A stretch of 64,000 nt of DNA from Acidobacteriota bacterium (GCA_049967655.1 JBMFSH010000003.1:32001-96000); one strand, 5' to 3'; positions 8,323 to 20,760 are shown, counted from the stretch's first letter. Program-made: numbers and translations. Notes: generated by a model not told the origin, from the letters alone.

Positions 8323-9441
8323 ATGGAAATCTTGCGTCTGTGTTGGCTGGTGTGGGCGTGCGCCCTCGCCGGGCTGGTTCTGGGGCAGGACGTGCGGGGA
8401 GAGGGGCCCGCTGCCCCGGCCGGAGTACGCCCCGCCGCGGAGGGCCGCGGTTTCGCGACAACGGCCCAGCAGATGGAGGTGGTGGTCCCCTACTGCGAGA
8501 GGATGGCGGCCGAACACCCGGCCGGGCCCGGCGAGGGCAAGGGCGCGCGCCCCGACACCCGCTGGGTGGCCTCGATCTGCCCCCACGATGATTACGTCTA
8601 CGCGGGGCCCGTTTACGCCGACGCGCTTCGCAACCTCAGGGCGAAGACGGTGATCCTGTTCGGCGTCTGCCACCAGGCCAAGAAGTGGGGCCTCAAGGAC
8701 CAGCTCGTCTTCGACGACTTCACCTCGTGGCAGGAGCCCTTCGGCCCCGTCAAGGTGTCGTCACTGCGCGATGAGATCGTGAGAGAGCTTCCGAAAGGGG
8801 ACGTCGTGGTCCACGACGAGGCCCAGGCCTCTGAGTGGTCCGTGGAGGGCATCGTGCCCTGGTTGCAGTACGCCGACCGCGACGTGGAGATCGTCTCCAT
8901 CCTCGTGCCCTACATGGACTGGAACCGGACGGACGCCCTGGCCAGGGAGCTGGCCGATGTGCTGGCGGGCATCGTGAAGACCCGCCATCTAGAGCTGGGG
9001 AAGGACCTCGCCTTCGTCATGAGCTCCGACGGCGTCCACTACGGAGACCAGTGGGCCGACGGCTGGAGCTACGCCCCCTTCGGGGTGGGGGCCGACGGCT
9101 ACCTCAAGGCCACGGCCCAGGATCAGTGCCTGATCCAGTGGTACCTCGACGGCAGGCTGGAGCGCGGGCGCATCGAGCGCCTGGCCGAAACGCTCGTGGA
9201 TCAGAGGGACGTGACGCGCTACAAGGTCACCTGGTGCGGCCGGTTCTCCATCACCCTCGGCCTGGACGTGCTCTCCTACCTCACCGAGAAGCTGGCGCGG
9301 CCGGCGCTGGAGGGGCTTCAGGTCGGGTACGGAACGAGCATCGGAACGGGGTTCCTGCCCTTCGAGGAGGTGGGGCTCTCCGCCACGGCGCACGAGAACC
9401 TGCACCACTGGGTGAGCTACATCGCGGAGGGCTACCGCTAG
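8323..9441 (+). CDS. MEMO1/AmmeMemoRadiSam protein B family protein with signal peptide
   Basis: AGGAG SD; hydrophobic N-terminus; ICPHDDYVYAG, GVCH, EWSVEGIVPWLQ, SSDGVHYG, TWCG, VSY motifs. Confidence 0.85.
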   Translation: MEILRLCWLVWACALAGLVLGQDVRGEGPAAPAGVRPAAEGRGFATTAQQMEVVVPYCERMAAEHPAGPGEGKGARPDTRWVASICPHDDYVYAGPVYADALRNLRAKTVILFGVCHQAKKWGLKDQLVFDDFTSWQEPFGPVKVSSLRDEIVRELPKGDVVVHDEAQASEWSVEGIVPWLQYADRDVEIVSILVPYMDWNRTDALARELADVLAGIVKTRHLELGKDLAFVMSSDGVHYGDQWADGWSYAPFGVGADGYLKATAQDQCLIQWYLDGRLERGRIERLAETLVDQRDVTRYKVTWCGRFSITLGLDVLSYLTEKLARPALEGLQVGYGTSIGTGFLPFEEVGLSATAHENLHHWVSYIAEGYR

Positions 9442-9534
9442 TGTGCCCTCCCAACGACGGGTTCACGTGCAGACCCAAGGGGGGGGACGCAACCCCACTC
9501 CCCGGCGCCTGGGGGCCGCGAGCCGAGGCGGGAG

Positions 9535-10077
9535 ATGGAGCGCAGGGAGCGCGGTGAGCGGCTGAAAGAGCTTCTGGAGGCCCGCGATTGGGTCGGCGTG
9601 GCGGCCTTCCCAGCTCCCTCCGGCTGGCTTCTGCGGCGGCTCCTGGGCTTCCTGCAGGGCACCTCGCCGGGCCTTCGTTGGCGGGCCGTTCTGGGGCTGG
9701 GGCACGTGGCGGCGGGGCTGCCGTCCGGAGATCCGGCCCTCGCCGAGTTCATCCGCACCCTCTTCTGGTCCATGAACGACGAATCGGGCAACCTCTGCCG
9801 CATGGCGCCGGAGGCCCTGGGAGAGATCCTGAAAGCCAGGCCCGACCTCCGTTCCGGCTACGCTCCCCTGCTGCCGCAATTCCTGGCCGAGGAGCCCTTC
9901 GAAACGGGGACCCTCTGGGCACTGTGCCGCCTCACCGAGGCCGGCTGGCCAGCCAACCCTGGCCTCCGCCATCTCCTGCAGGCCTCCCTCCGCCACCCAG
10001 ACCCGCGCCGCCGCGGTCTCGCGCGAAGACTGGAGAGGCTGGCGAGCGCGGATCGGGTCCCTCGGCCAGAACACTGA
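9535..10077 (+). CDS. HEAT-repeat protein (DVU0298-like)
   Basis: RWRAVLGLG, RTLFWSMNDESGN...APEALGEI motif. Confidence 0.7.
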   Translation: MERRERGERLKELLEARDWVGVAAFPAPSGWLLRRLLGFLQGTSPGLRWRAVLGLGHVAAGLPSGDPALAEFIRTLFWSMNDESGNLCRMAPEALGEILKARPDLRSGYAPLLPQFLAEEPFETGTLWALCRLTEAGWPANPGLRHLLQASLRHPDPRRRGLARRLERLASADRVPRPEH

Positions 10078-10274
10078 ACTCCTCAACGTGAAGGGCTCGG
10101 CGGATCTCTCCACCGGGCCCGTGTGCCGCTGCACTGCTTGCTCCCGTCAGTTTTTCACGGGGATGGGCTTGACCTTGACTTCCTTACTAGTAAAGCTTTA
10201 TCACAGCTGGCGGGAGTGTGGGGGAGAGCCCGGGGGTGCAGGCTGCACCCCCAGGCCGATGGCGGGACCCGAGC

Positions 10275-12677
10275 CTACTGGAAGAGCGGGAAGGGTCTAG
10301 GCGTAAAGGGATCGTAGACCGGCGCCATGCTAAAGAAGTTGGGGTCGAAGGAGGGGTTGCCGGAGGCGTCCAATCCGATGAAGCCGGACTCGCCCAGCGG
10401 GAACATGCTTTCGATCCGGCTGGGACCGGTGGAATCGAACTCCACGCAGTGGGCGTAGGTCGAGCGGTTGGAGTAAGGGGCCTGGTGGATGAGGCCCAAA
10501 AAGTCGTCCGTGAAGTTGATGGTTCCGCGAGGTTGGTTCCAAGGGCCGGGCCCGAGCTGGTTCAGGGCCTGGTCCAGCGCCAGAACGATGAGCTGCTGAG
10601 GGTCAGTGGGCAGACCCTGCCCCGAGGTGTCCTGGAACCAGTTGTACTCATTCACGATGCCGGAGCTGCTTCCCTCCAGGGAGTGCAGGAGCACGTTGAA
10701 GAGCTGCATGGAGGGAGCGGCGCCAGTGGTGCCCAGCTTGTCCGCGAAGGTGAGCTGGAGCATCTGGTCGACCCATGCCTCCTCCAGCACCCAGGCGTCG
10801 GCGCGTGTTGTGCCCATGGCCCACTGGGTGGGGCCGCCCGCCACGAAGTGGCCGTCCCAGTTCTGGAGCATCTGGAGCGCGGCGGTGCGGGCAGGCGTGG
10901 GGTAGGCCTCTACGGCCGCGGTGAAGTAGGGGGCGACGAACTTCCACGGCACGCCGCCCGGCACGTCGAAGTCGGTCGTCGTGGTGGCGATGTTCACCGC
11001 CAGGTCGCGCACCTCCTCGAAGGTCAGGTTGTTGTGGGTGGAGAGGTAGTCGGCGATGACGTGGGCGCGGTCGAAGGGTCCGAAGCCGTAGCCGATGTTG
11101 TTCGGCGCGTTGTCGTAGTTCACGTTGGACTTGTTGTTCCAGCCGGCGTAGAAGCCCTGGGCAGTGTTGCGGTCGGTGGAGCGGGGCTTTAGGGTGACGG
11201 GAGTGGGCCAGTTGTGCTTGCCGTCGCCCGGGACGGGCAGGCGCGGGTCCACGTTGGAGGCCCGCACGGGGTCGCGGCCGGCCATCCAGTAGGCGATGTT
11301 GCCGTCCTTGTCCGCGTAACAGAAGTGCTGACACACGGCGACCTGTTCGATACCCTTGCCGAAGTCGTCCATGCTCTGGGCGCGGGCGAGCTGGAGAAAG
11401 CCGTCCAGGGTGTCCAGCTCGTAGCCGCGCTGGGCGTAGTCCCAGGTGATGACGGGGCCGGTGATGTTCTTGGGATCGTAGGGCATGGGATTGATGACGG
11501 GGCCGTGGCTGGTCTTGTAGAGCTTGAGCTTCACGTCTGCCTGCCCCGCGACCTTGATGATCGCGGTGCCATTTTTCTTGACGGCCCGGGGGCTCTCGAC
11601 GAAGTAATCCAAGGTATGGCAGTGGCCCACCTGCATGGACCAGGCGTGGTGGGGTGTGCGGCCGATGATGATGCCCGGGACGCCGGGAACCGTCATGCCG
11701 GAGACGTCGTATCCGGGAACCTCGATGGAGCCCTCCAGCACGATCGAGGGGACGGAGAAGCCCATCTGGGGACCCGAGTAGAGGATGGGGTTGCCGTCCG
11801 CCGTCTTGCTCCCCGCCACCGCCCAGGCGTAGCTGCCCATGTGCACGTAGGCGTTGATCTTCTTCAGATTGTCGAGGACGCCCTGGATGGTATTGTGCAC
11901 CGAGAGCGCCTGGGCGCGAAGGTCCGGCGGCAGCGCCCGCTGCTGGTCCGCCAGCCGGTTGGTGAGCGCCTGCTCGTCGACCTGGGGCGCCACGGCTCCC
12001 TGCGGCGCGGGAATGTAGGTGAGGGCCGAGGGGTCGTTGAGCCAGCGGAGGTCCTGGAACATGGCGAGGTAATCGTGGGGGAAGGTCGCTTGGAGCGTTT
12101 CGAGCAGGACCTCGTTGTCGAGCTGGCCCGTGGAGAGGGCCTCGGGGTCGAACTCCCGCTGCATCAGGGCCACCCAGGCCAGCACGTCGTACACGGTCCA
12201 GTGCTGGGGGCGCACCGTGGTTCCGAGCTGATGGCTGATGGCCAGGTACTCGAACGGCATGAGGGCGGGATTGGCGTTCACCTCATCCACGCGGCGGTTG
12301 AAGCCGGCGATGTAGGACTTGACCGCCGTCTGTCCGTCCTTGCTGAGCTTCTTGAACCCCTGCTTCAGCTCCTTCTTGCTGTAGCCGATCGTGCGCATGA
12401 ACATGTCGGTGGGGAGCTGGCTGGGTCCGAAGATCTCGGCGAGGCGCCCCGTGGCCGAGCGGAAGTAGAGCTCGGTCTGCCACAGGCGGTCGGTGGCCAC
12501 GGCGTAGCCCATGGCGTCGAAGGCATCGCCCAGGTTGTTGGCCGTGATGAACCAGACGTCGTTGTCCGCCCTCGTGGTCTGGGCCGTGGAGGCCTGCGCA
12601 TTGGGAGGAGGGGAGGCCTGCCAGGGGAGCGCGGCCATCACCACGAGCGCGCACAACATCGAACCCAATCTCTTCAT
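10275..12677 (-). CDS. Penicillin acylase family (S45 Ntn-hydrolase), secreted
   Basis: Signal peptide MKRLGSML; GYAVATDRLWQ, GRLAEIFG, MG/SYAW cleavage site, GWNNK. Confidence 0.92.
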   Translation of the reverse strand: MKRLGSMLCALVVMAALPWQASPPPNAQASTAQTTRADNDVWFITANNLGDAFDAMGYAVATDRLWQTELYFRSATGRLAEIFGPSQLPTDMFMRTIGYSKKELKQGFKKLSKDGQTAVKSYIAGFNRRVDEVNANPALMPFEYLAISHQLGTTVRPQHWTVYDVLAWVALMQREFDPEALSTGQLDNEVLLETLQATFPHDYLAMFQDLRWLNDPSALTYIPAPQGAVAPQVDEQALTNRLADQQRALPPDLRAQALSVHNTIQGVLDNLKKINAYVHMGSYAWAVAGSKTADGNPILYSGPQMGFSVPSIVLEGSIEVPGYDVSGMTVPGVPGIIIGRTPHHAWSMQVGHCHTLDYFVESPRAVKKNGTAIIKVAGQADVKLKLYKTSHGPVINPMPYDPKNITGPVITWDYAQRGYELDTLDGFLQLARAQSMDDFGKGIEQVAVCQHFCYADKDGNIAYWMAGRDPVRASNVDPRLPVPGDGKHNWPTPVTLKPRSTDRNTAQGFYAGWNNKSNVNYDNAPNNIGYGFGPFDRAHVIADYLSTHNNLTFEEVRDLAVNIATTTTDFDVPGGVPWKFVAPYFTAAVEAYPTPARTAALQMLQNWDGHFVAGGPTQWAMGTTRADAWVLEEAWVDQMLQLTFADKLGTTGAAPSMQLFNVLLHSLEGSSSGIVNEYNWFQDTSGQGLPTDPQQLIVLALDQALNQLGPGPWNQPRGTINFTDDFLGLIHQAPYSNRSTYAHCVEFDSTGPSRIESMFPLGESGFIGLDASGNPSFDPNFFSMAPVYDPFTPRPFPLFQ

Positions 12678-12833
12678 AGACCTCTCCTTCCAGAGCAAAC
12701 CATGGCGTTTCAGGTGGCGTAGTCAGAAATCCTGTCCTGGGAATGCGTGGGTCAGTGCTTGTCGGCCGTCCTCCTCTAGAAATGGCAATTTGGCGTGTCG
12801 CAACCTCCCGGAGGGGAGGTCCCCGGTGACACG

Positions 12834-14351
12834 TCACTGCTCCGTGTCCCTCGATCCGTCGAAGGTGTAGGTTTTTGGCTGTCCCTGGAACACGGTTTGA
12901 AGATTCACGGGGCGGCGCCAGACTCGGTGGAGGGCGTGGAGGGTCTGGCGCGCTTCGCCGACTTTGAGGTCCACCCCGTCGTGCAGGTGCCTGAGCAGCA
13001 GCTCGGAACGGTTGGCGTGGTTGGCGTCCACCACCTCGAGAACGGGTTCGCCCCCGTTGGTCATGTGGGCCAGAAGCGTGTTCTTGACCTTCTGGAACTC
13101 CCGGCTCTCAAGGACATAGGCCCCCTGGCGGGGGTTGAGGCGGAAGGTGAAGAGGCGCGACTTGATCACGAACTCGGGGGTGAGGAAGGCATCGAGGAAC
13201 TGGGCATCGTCAAAGGCGGAGCGGACCTCGAAGACCTTTTCCATGCCGTGCCGCTCGCGGGTGTCCCACCGTTCGCGCTTGGCCCTGTCCTGGCAAGTCT
13301 CCCACTCCGGGCCGTGGCGGCCCTTATCCCAGCGGTCCCGGATGTCCTCGAAAAGGAGGTAGCCGAGCCGGTAAGGATTGAGCCTGCCGGGCCAGGCGGC
13401 GATGATCTTGGAGTTCTCATCCGAGTACTCCACGAGCTCCGAGGGCCGGAGTCCCTTGGCCACCATGATCCGCGTGTGCCAGAAGACCGCCCACCCCTCG
13501 TTCATGATCTTGGTGAGGCGCTGCGGCAGGAAATAGTAGGCCTCCTCGCGTACAATCTCCAGGATGTCCCGCTCCCAGTCCTCCAGCGGGGCCTGGTCCA
13601 CCAGGAAGTCCAGAACTCCCCGCAGGGGCCGTTCGGGAAAGGCCTTCAGAGGAGGGCTTTCGGGCTCCGCTTTGCGTTCCTTCGCCGCCGAGGGGGTCTT
13701 GGCGCTGCGGTAGTAGGAGGTGAGGTAGGTGCTCGAGAATCTCGGCCCGACCTGTCTCGCGGCGTCGCCACCCGGCGGTTCCAAGGGCTCCTTGTCCCGG
13801 GCCCGCCAGAACAGCAGGTTGGGATCCACGAGATTCTCCAGAGAGAGGCAGGTGTCCAGGAAGCGTTCCACCCGTTCGAATCCGTGCCTGTTCTGGTAGC
13901 GCTTCACGCGCGCCGCGTGGTTGGCCATCTCGTTCAGCATGTTTCTGTTGGTACCCAGAAAGAAGGCGTTGTGCCGGAAGAAGTCGCAGTGGCCCATGAC
14001 GTGGGCCATCACCATTCGGACGACCACCGGCGTGGAGCCCTCCAGGAGGTAGGCGTAGGCCGGCTGGTTGTTGATCACCATTTCGTAGATCGTGGAGAGG
14101 CCCCAGCTCCGGCTCTTGTCGAGCTGGTCGAAGGCCATGCCGAACCGCCAGTGGGGGTACCGGCCCGGGAAGCCGTCGTAGGAGGCGGCCTCGCTGATCT
14201 GGGAGGGCGAGAGGAAGTCGAAGACGATCTCCCCGGGATCGAGGCCCATCTTGCGGGCGTAGGCCATGAACTCGCGCTTGACCTGCACGAGCTCCTCCGG
14301 GAAGGGGATGAAGTTGAGGCGCCTCAGCGCCTGCGCATCGGGATGCCTCAT
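12834..14351 (-). CDS. spoVR: SpoVR family protein
   Basis: GFPGRYPHWRFG, IYEMVIN, AHVMGHCDFF, YFLPQ..TKIMNEGWA. Confidence 0.95.
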   Translation of the reverse strand: MRHPDAQALRRLNFIPFPEELVQVKREFMAYARKMGLDPGEIVFDFLSPSQISEAASYDGFPGRYPHWRFGMAFDQLDKSRSWGLSTIYEMVINNQPAYAYLLEGSTPVVVRMVMAHVMGHCDFFRHNAFFLGTNRNMLNEMANHAARVKRYQNRHGFERVERFLDTCLSLENLVDPNLLFWRARDKEPLEPPGGDAARQVGPRFSSTYLTSYYRSAKTPSAAKERKAEPESPPLKAFPERPLRGVLDFLVDQAPLEDWERDILEIVREEAYYFLPQRLTKIMNEGWAVFWHTRIMVAKGLRPSELVEYSDENSKIIAAWPGRLNPYRLGYLLFEDIRDRWDKGRHGPEWETCQDRAKRERWDTRERHGMEKVFEVRSAFDDAQFLDAFLTPEFVIKSRLFTFRLNPRQGAYVLESREFQKVKNTLLAHMTNGGEPVLEVVDANHANRSELLLRHLHDGVDLKVGEARQTLHALHRVWRRPVNLQTVFQGQPKTYTFDGSRDTEQ

Positions 14352-14514
14352 GGCTTGCCTTCGAAGGAGGCCGCTGGGGGCCGAGATGAGGAGATGAGGG
14401 GATGAGGGGATGGGGGCGGGGCCGTGCCTTCGCGGGAGGGGAGTCCCGCCGCCCGTGGCGGAAGTGGGAGGCCCCCCATCACTTCCTTTCTCTCTGCCTC
14501 GGTGCCTCTGTGGT

Positions 14515-15627
14515 TCATCGTCCTTTCCCCAGGAATTCGCGGATCGAGTCCAGGATGTGCTCCTTGTCGTCGATCTTGCTCAGCGCCACGTTCTCCTGCT
14601 CGGGGAAGGCCTTCTCCAGGATGGGGTAGAAGGCGCCGGAGCCGTAGGCGCTCTTGACCTGCCCGTAGGCGAAGAGGTTGGCCACCGGCAGGAGCCTCTG
14701 GTTCATGATGTCCACGCAGTGGGCCGAGTCCTCGTCGCTCCAGTTGTCCCCGTCCGAGAAGTGGAAGAGGTAGAGGTTCCAGTCGTCCGGCGGATAGTCC
14801 TGCTTGATCATGTCCGCCGCCAGGGTGTAGGCGGAGGAGATGAGGGTGCCGCCCGACTCCATGCTCTTGAAAAAGGTGTCCCGGTCCACCTCGCGCGCCT
14901 CCGCGTCGTGGGTGATGTAGCGGATCTGGAGGTTCTTGTAGTGAGAGCGCAGCCAGAGGTCGATCCAGAAGGCCTCGATCCGCACGATCTCCTTCTGCTC
15001 CTCCCCCATGCTGCCCGACACGTCCATCATGTACAGGATGGCCGCCGCGGACTGGGGCAGCAGCACCTCCTTCCGGGCCCGGTAGCGCTTGTCCTCCCTC
15101 ACCGGCACCACCAGGGGGTCGCCGGGGTTGTACTCCCCGCTGGAGATGGTGCGTTTCAGGGCCGCCTTGAAGGTCCGTTTGAAGTGCACCAGGGATTCTG
15201 GGCCCGTCCTGCGGATGCCGGTGAAGCGGCCGGTGTAGCTCGTCAGGACCTTCTGGCCCCGGGGCTGGATGCGGGGGAGTTCGAGCTCCTCGCCCAGGAT
15301 CTGGGCCAGCTCCTCCAGGGTAAGTTCAACCTCCAGGGCGTGCTCTCCCGGCTGGTCGCCCGCTTCGCCAGCGCCCTCTCCCTCGCCCGGCTGCCCCTTG
15401 CCCAGGACGTCCCCCTCCTTGCCCTCGCCTTGGCCCGCCTGGGACTGGTCCTCCCAGGAGTACTCGAACTTGGGCAGGCGGATCTCCTTGAGGGGGATGG
15501 CCACCTTCTTGCGGCCGTGCTGGGCCACGAGGTCTCCCTGCACAATGAAGCGCCGGAGGTTCTCGCGCACCCTCCCCTTCACGATGGAGCGAAATCTCGC
15601 GTGGTCGGAGTGGATCCTTAGGGGCAT
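14515..15627 (-). CDS. yeaH: YeaH/YhbH (DUF444) vWA-like protein
   Basis: MMDVSGSM MIDAS, ESGGT..SSAY, HFSDGDNW. Confidence 0.95.
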   Translation of the reverse strand: MPLRIHSDHARFRSIVKGRVRENLRRFIVQGDLVAQHGRKKVAIPLKEIRLPKFEYSWEDQSQAGQGEGKEGDVLGKGQPGEGEGAGEAGDQPGEHALEVELTLEELAQILGEELELPRIQPRGQKVLTSYTGRFTGIRRTGPESLVHFKRTFKAALKRTISSGEYNPGDPLVVPVREDKRYRARKEVLLPQSAAAILYMMDVSGSMGEEQKEIVRIEAFWIDLWLRSHYKNLQIRYITHDAEAREVDRDTFFKSMESGGTLISSAYTLAADMIKQDYPPDDWNLYLFHFSDGDNWSDEDSAHCVDIMNQRLLPVANLFAYGQVKSAYGSGAFYPILEKAFPEQENVALSKIDDKEHILDSIREFLGKGR

Positions 15628-15784
15628 GTCATCTCACCACAGAGACACGGAGGCACAGAGGAACCTGGATTCGAAAGGAAAGAGAACGGGGGCTCCTTCT
15701 CCGATGGCCTTGCCTGTCTCTCCCACAAAGGGCTTCATTCTCAGCAGCCTCGACTATTTCTCGGCGCCTCTGCGCCTCTGTGGT

Positions 15785-17854
<2,070 letters not shown>

Positions 17855-17927
17855 GGGAGCCTCCCTGCGGATGCATCTGAACTGAGTATAGGGTCCGCGC
17901 CCGCCGCGCGTCCACCACCGCGATCCA

Positions 17928-18130
17928 CGCAAATTCCGCGATGCAATTCCCGCCGGTGTGGGAGCCTTCGCCTGACAGCGAATTCCCCATCGCGATTAAG
18001 CGAGTAAGCAATTAAGCCTAAGCGGGATGTGATGAAAGGCCGACCCCTTTCAGGTGAGCTGCCCTAGCTTGCGATCCATGGCTGGATTAGCCTTGCCCCG
18101 CCTTCTCTTTGCTGCATCGCGGAGTCTGGG
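17928..18130 (+). mobile_element. MITE family 1, copy A
   Basis: Imperfect TIRs (CGCAAATTCCGCGATGC / GCATCGCGGAGTCTGGG); interior homologous to copies at 37073 and 48977; flanks ATCCA/AGCCA. Confidence 0.75.
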
Positions 18131-18219
18131 AGCCACCTTCCTGCGGGCCCCGGCCCGATGCCGGGGGGCTTTTATCCCCCGGAGGATTCCTTTACACTAA
18201 CGGCCGCGAGGAGGTTGGC

Positions 18220-18702
18220 ATGCCCGAATCCAAGGGTCTGGAGGCCACGCGCAAGGCTCTCGAGGCCGACCTGAAGAAGTTGGACCACGAACTGCGGATC
18301 GACCTCCCCAAGGAGATCGATCGCGCCCGGCAGTTGGGTGACCTGAGCGAAAACGCCGAGTACCACATGGCTCTCCAGCGACAGCAGTACGTGAAGGCGC
18401 GGGTCATGGAGCTTCAGAAGCGGATCGCCGCTCTGGCCACCGTGAACCTCTCCTCCGTTCCGAAGGACAGGGCGGCCTACGGCAGCCTCCTCAAACTCTA
18501 CGACGTGGAGAAGGAGGAGGAGTTGGAGGTCCGCCTTGTCACCCACGAGGAGGCGGACATCCAGAACGGCTGCTACTCCGTGCAGTCGCCCATCGGCAAG
18601 GCTCTCCTGGGCAAGCGGGAGGGGGATGAGGTGACCGTGGAGACCCCCGGCGGCCGCCGGACCTTCGAGGTCCTCAGCCTCAAGACCATCCACGACCTGT
18701 GA
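18220..18702 (+). CDS. greA: Transcription elongation factor GreA
   Basis: GAGGAGG SD; ARQLGDLSENAEY, SVQSPIGKALLGK. Confidence 0.95.
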   Translation: MPESKGLEATRKALEADLKKLDHELRIDLPKEIDRARQLGDLSENAEYHMALQRQQYVKARVMELQKRIAALATVNLSSVPKDRAAYGSLLKLYDVEKEEELEVRLVTHEEADIQNGCYSVQSPIGKALLGKREGDEVTVETPGGRRTFEVLSLKTIHDL

Positions 18703-18995
18703 GGGCCTTGGGCGGAAGGCGGATAGCGGAAGGAAAGAAGACGCCACAGAGGCAGTGAGGCACAGAGGGGAATGGGGGACTTGGGGTTGTTACGTCTCAC
18801 GACTAGCCCCTAACGTCTCGCTCCCCGCCGCCCTTCCCAATCCTCCCGCCGTGCCCTGATTCGCCGTCCCCGCGTGTCCCCGACTCCACTTCCTCCGTCC
18901 CCCTTTTCGGACGGGCTTCCGGCATGGAGCACAGAGACGGGCGCCCGTCCCAACCTGAACGCAGTAGACGCGGCCCTTTTGCCGGCCCTTTCTGT

Positions 18996-19011
18996 TGGCA
19001 TCGGCCTTGCT
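18996..19011 (+). promoter_or_regulatory. Sigma-54 (-24/-12) promoter
   Basis: TGGCATCGGCCTTGCT = GG-N10-GC; predicted TSS ~19022, just before GGAGG SD of 19037. Confidence 0.7.
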
Positions 19012-19036
19012 GTCACCGTCCCTGGAGGGAATACCC

Positions 19037-20536
19037 ATGAACCAGAGAATCCTGATCGTGAGCGCGATCCTCATGGTAGTGGCGGTGGCGGGCTGGCCGG
19101 CGGCGAGCGGTGGGCCCGCCACGGAGGTGGTGGTCTTCCCCAACCTCACCCCCGCCCAGGCCTCGACGGTCCTTTCGGCTGCCCAGCGCCTCGTCTGGGA
19201 CCGCCAGACGGGTATCGCCGTGGCCGAGGTACCCACCGCCTGGGACACCAAGCTCGCGTCGGTGCGGCTGGAGGACCTCGGTCCCGTCACCGGCCCCCAG
19301 GACTTCGACGCGGCTCTTCGGATCTATCTTCCCGGCTACCTGAATGCCCCTCGCGAGGAGGCCTCCTCGGCGACTCCGCGCTACGCCGTCAAGGCGCCCG
19401 TGCATCTCGTGAAGCCCCCGGCGGAGGTGGCCAGAATGGCCCAAGCGCGAGCTTCGAGAAAGGAAGACGCGACCTGTCTGTATGAAGGGTTCGAAACGAA
19501 CGAACTGCCGATCTGGTATGAGGATGGCGGCAATTGGTGGCATTACCAGGGTGGATATCCGAACGACCAAGGCGACTACTTCTGGCTCGACGACAACTGC
19601 GACGCCCACAGCGGACAGTGGGAGGCCAGCGCTACCCTGGGGGGCACCCTCGGGCAGTACCTCTCCTGCAACTCCACCTACGCCAGCAACACCGACTCCT
19701 GGATGGAATACGTGCCCGAGATCACCTGCGCGTCGGGCGTGCCGGAGGCCTCGCTCAACTTCTATCTCAAAGTGCAGAGTGAGCCGAACTACGACCTCTT
19801 CTACTACCTCGTCTCGGTGGACGGCACCAACTACTACGGGTACAGCCTCTCGGGAGACTGGTCCGACCAGTGGTACCTCAACGACCCGTACGACCTGAGG
19901 AACTGGACCGGCCTCGGCGACCTGACGCAGTACCCCTATTTCTACCTCGCCTTCGCCTTCCAGTCGGACAACCAGATCAACGAGGGCTTTGGGGCGGCGG
20001 TGGACGACATCTCCATCTCGGCCACCTCCTTCTCGGTGGCGGCGCAAGCCGATACCCAGTCGGGGCTGGTTCCCCTCACGGTCCACTTCACGGCTACTCC
20101 CCTGGGCGGACAGGCTCCCTTCACCTATGCGTGGGACTTCGGGGACGGCAGCCCGCGCTCGGCCGACCAGAACCCCGTCCATACCTATTCGGCCGCCGGG
20201 ACTTATTCCGTCCAGCTAACGGCGCAGGATGCCACTGGCGCGGTGTCGACGGGAGGCCTGACGATCACCGTGAGCGTGCCCACTCCTCCGGTCATCAACT
20301 CCATGGCCAAGAAGGGCAATCCCTTCCGAATCGTGGCCTTCGGAACCAACTTCATGCAGAGCATCCAGGTCTACATCAACGGGAACCAGTGGCCCAACGT
20401 GAAGGTCAAGAGTTCCGGAAAGCTCGTGATCGCAGGCGGGGCCGGACTCAAGGCGGCGGTGCCCAGGGGCGTGCCGACCCTCTTTCTCTTCAAGAATCCC
20501 GACACGACGACGGCCACCTATACCTTCAGCTGGTAG
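19037..20536 (+). CDS. Secreted PKD-domain protein with a beta-sandwich middle domain
   Basis: Signal peptide; YLKVQSEPNYDLFY..VSVDG; PKD motif YAWDFGDG..S..QNPVHTY; C-terminal Ig-like domain. Confidence 0.85.
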   Translation: MNQRILIVSAILMVVAVAGWPAASGGPATEVVVFPNLTPAQASTVLSAAQRLVWDRQTGIAVAEVPTAWDTKLASVRLEDLGPVTGPQDFDAALRIYLPGYLNAPREEASSATPRYAVKAPVHLVKPPAEVARMAQARASRKEDATCLYEGFETNELPIWYEDGGNWWHYQGGYPNDQGDYFWLDDNCDAHSGQWEASATLGGTLGQYLSCNSTYASNTDSWMEYVPEITCASGVPEASLNFYLKVQSEPNYDLFYYLVSVDGTNYYGYSLSGDWSDQWYLNDPYDLRNWTGLGDLTQYPYFYLAFAFQSDNQINEGFGAAVDDISISATSFSVAAQADTQSGLVPLTVHFTATPLGGQAPFTYAWDFGDGSPRSADQNPVHTYSAAGTYSVQLTAQDATGAVSTGGLTITVSVPTPPVINSMAKKGNPFRIVAFGTNFMQSIQVYINGNQWPNVKVKSSGKLVIAGGAGLKAAVPRGVPTLFLFKNPDTTTATYTFSW

Positions 20537-20639
20537 CGTCAAATGCTCGGCTGGCCCTCCACCCTCCACCGCTCCCATCCGGACCTTTCGGACGGGAACA
20601 GGGCAGGATCACTCCGGCTAACAGATTTCCTTCTCTCAC

Positions 20640-20670
20640 GGCCGGGGGCTTCGGCTCCCGGCCTCCTTTT
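20640..20670 (+). terminator. Intrinsic terminator between convergent genes
   Basis: GGCCGGGGGC-TTCG-GCTCCCGGCC followed by TCCTTTT. Confidence 0.65.
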
Positions 20671-20760
20671 CTTGAGGATGCCTGCAAAGCCGCCCTGAGC
20701 GAAACAGGCGGGGCGCCTCCGCCGGAGGCGCCCCAGGTAGAGCCGGCAGGAGAGAGCGGG

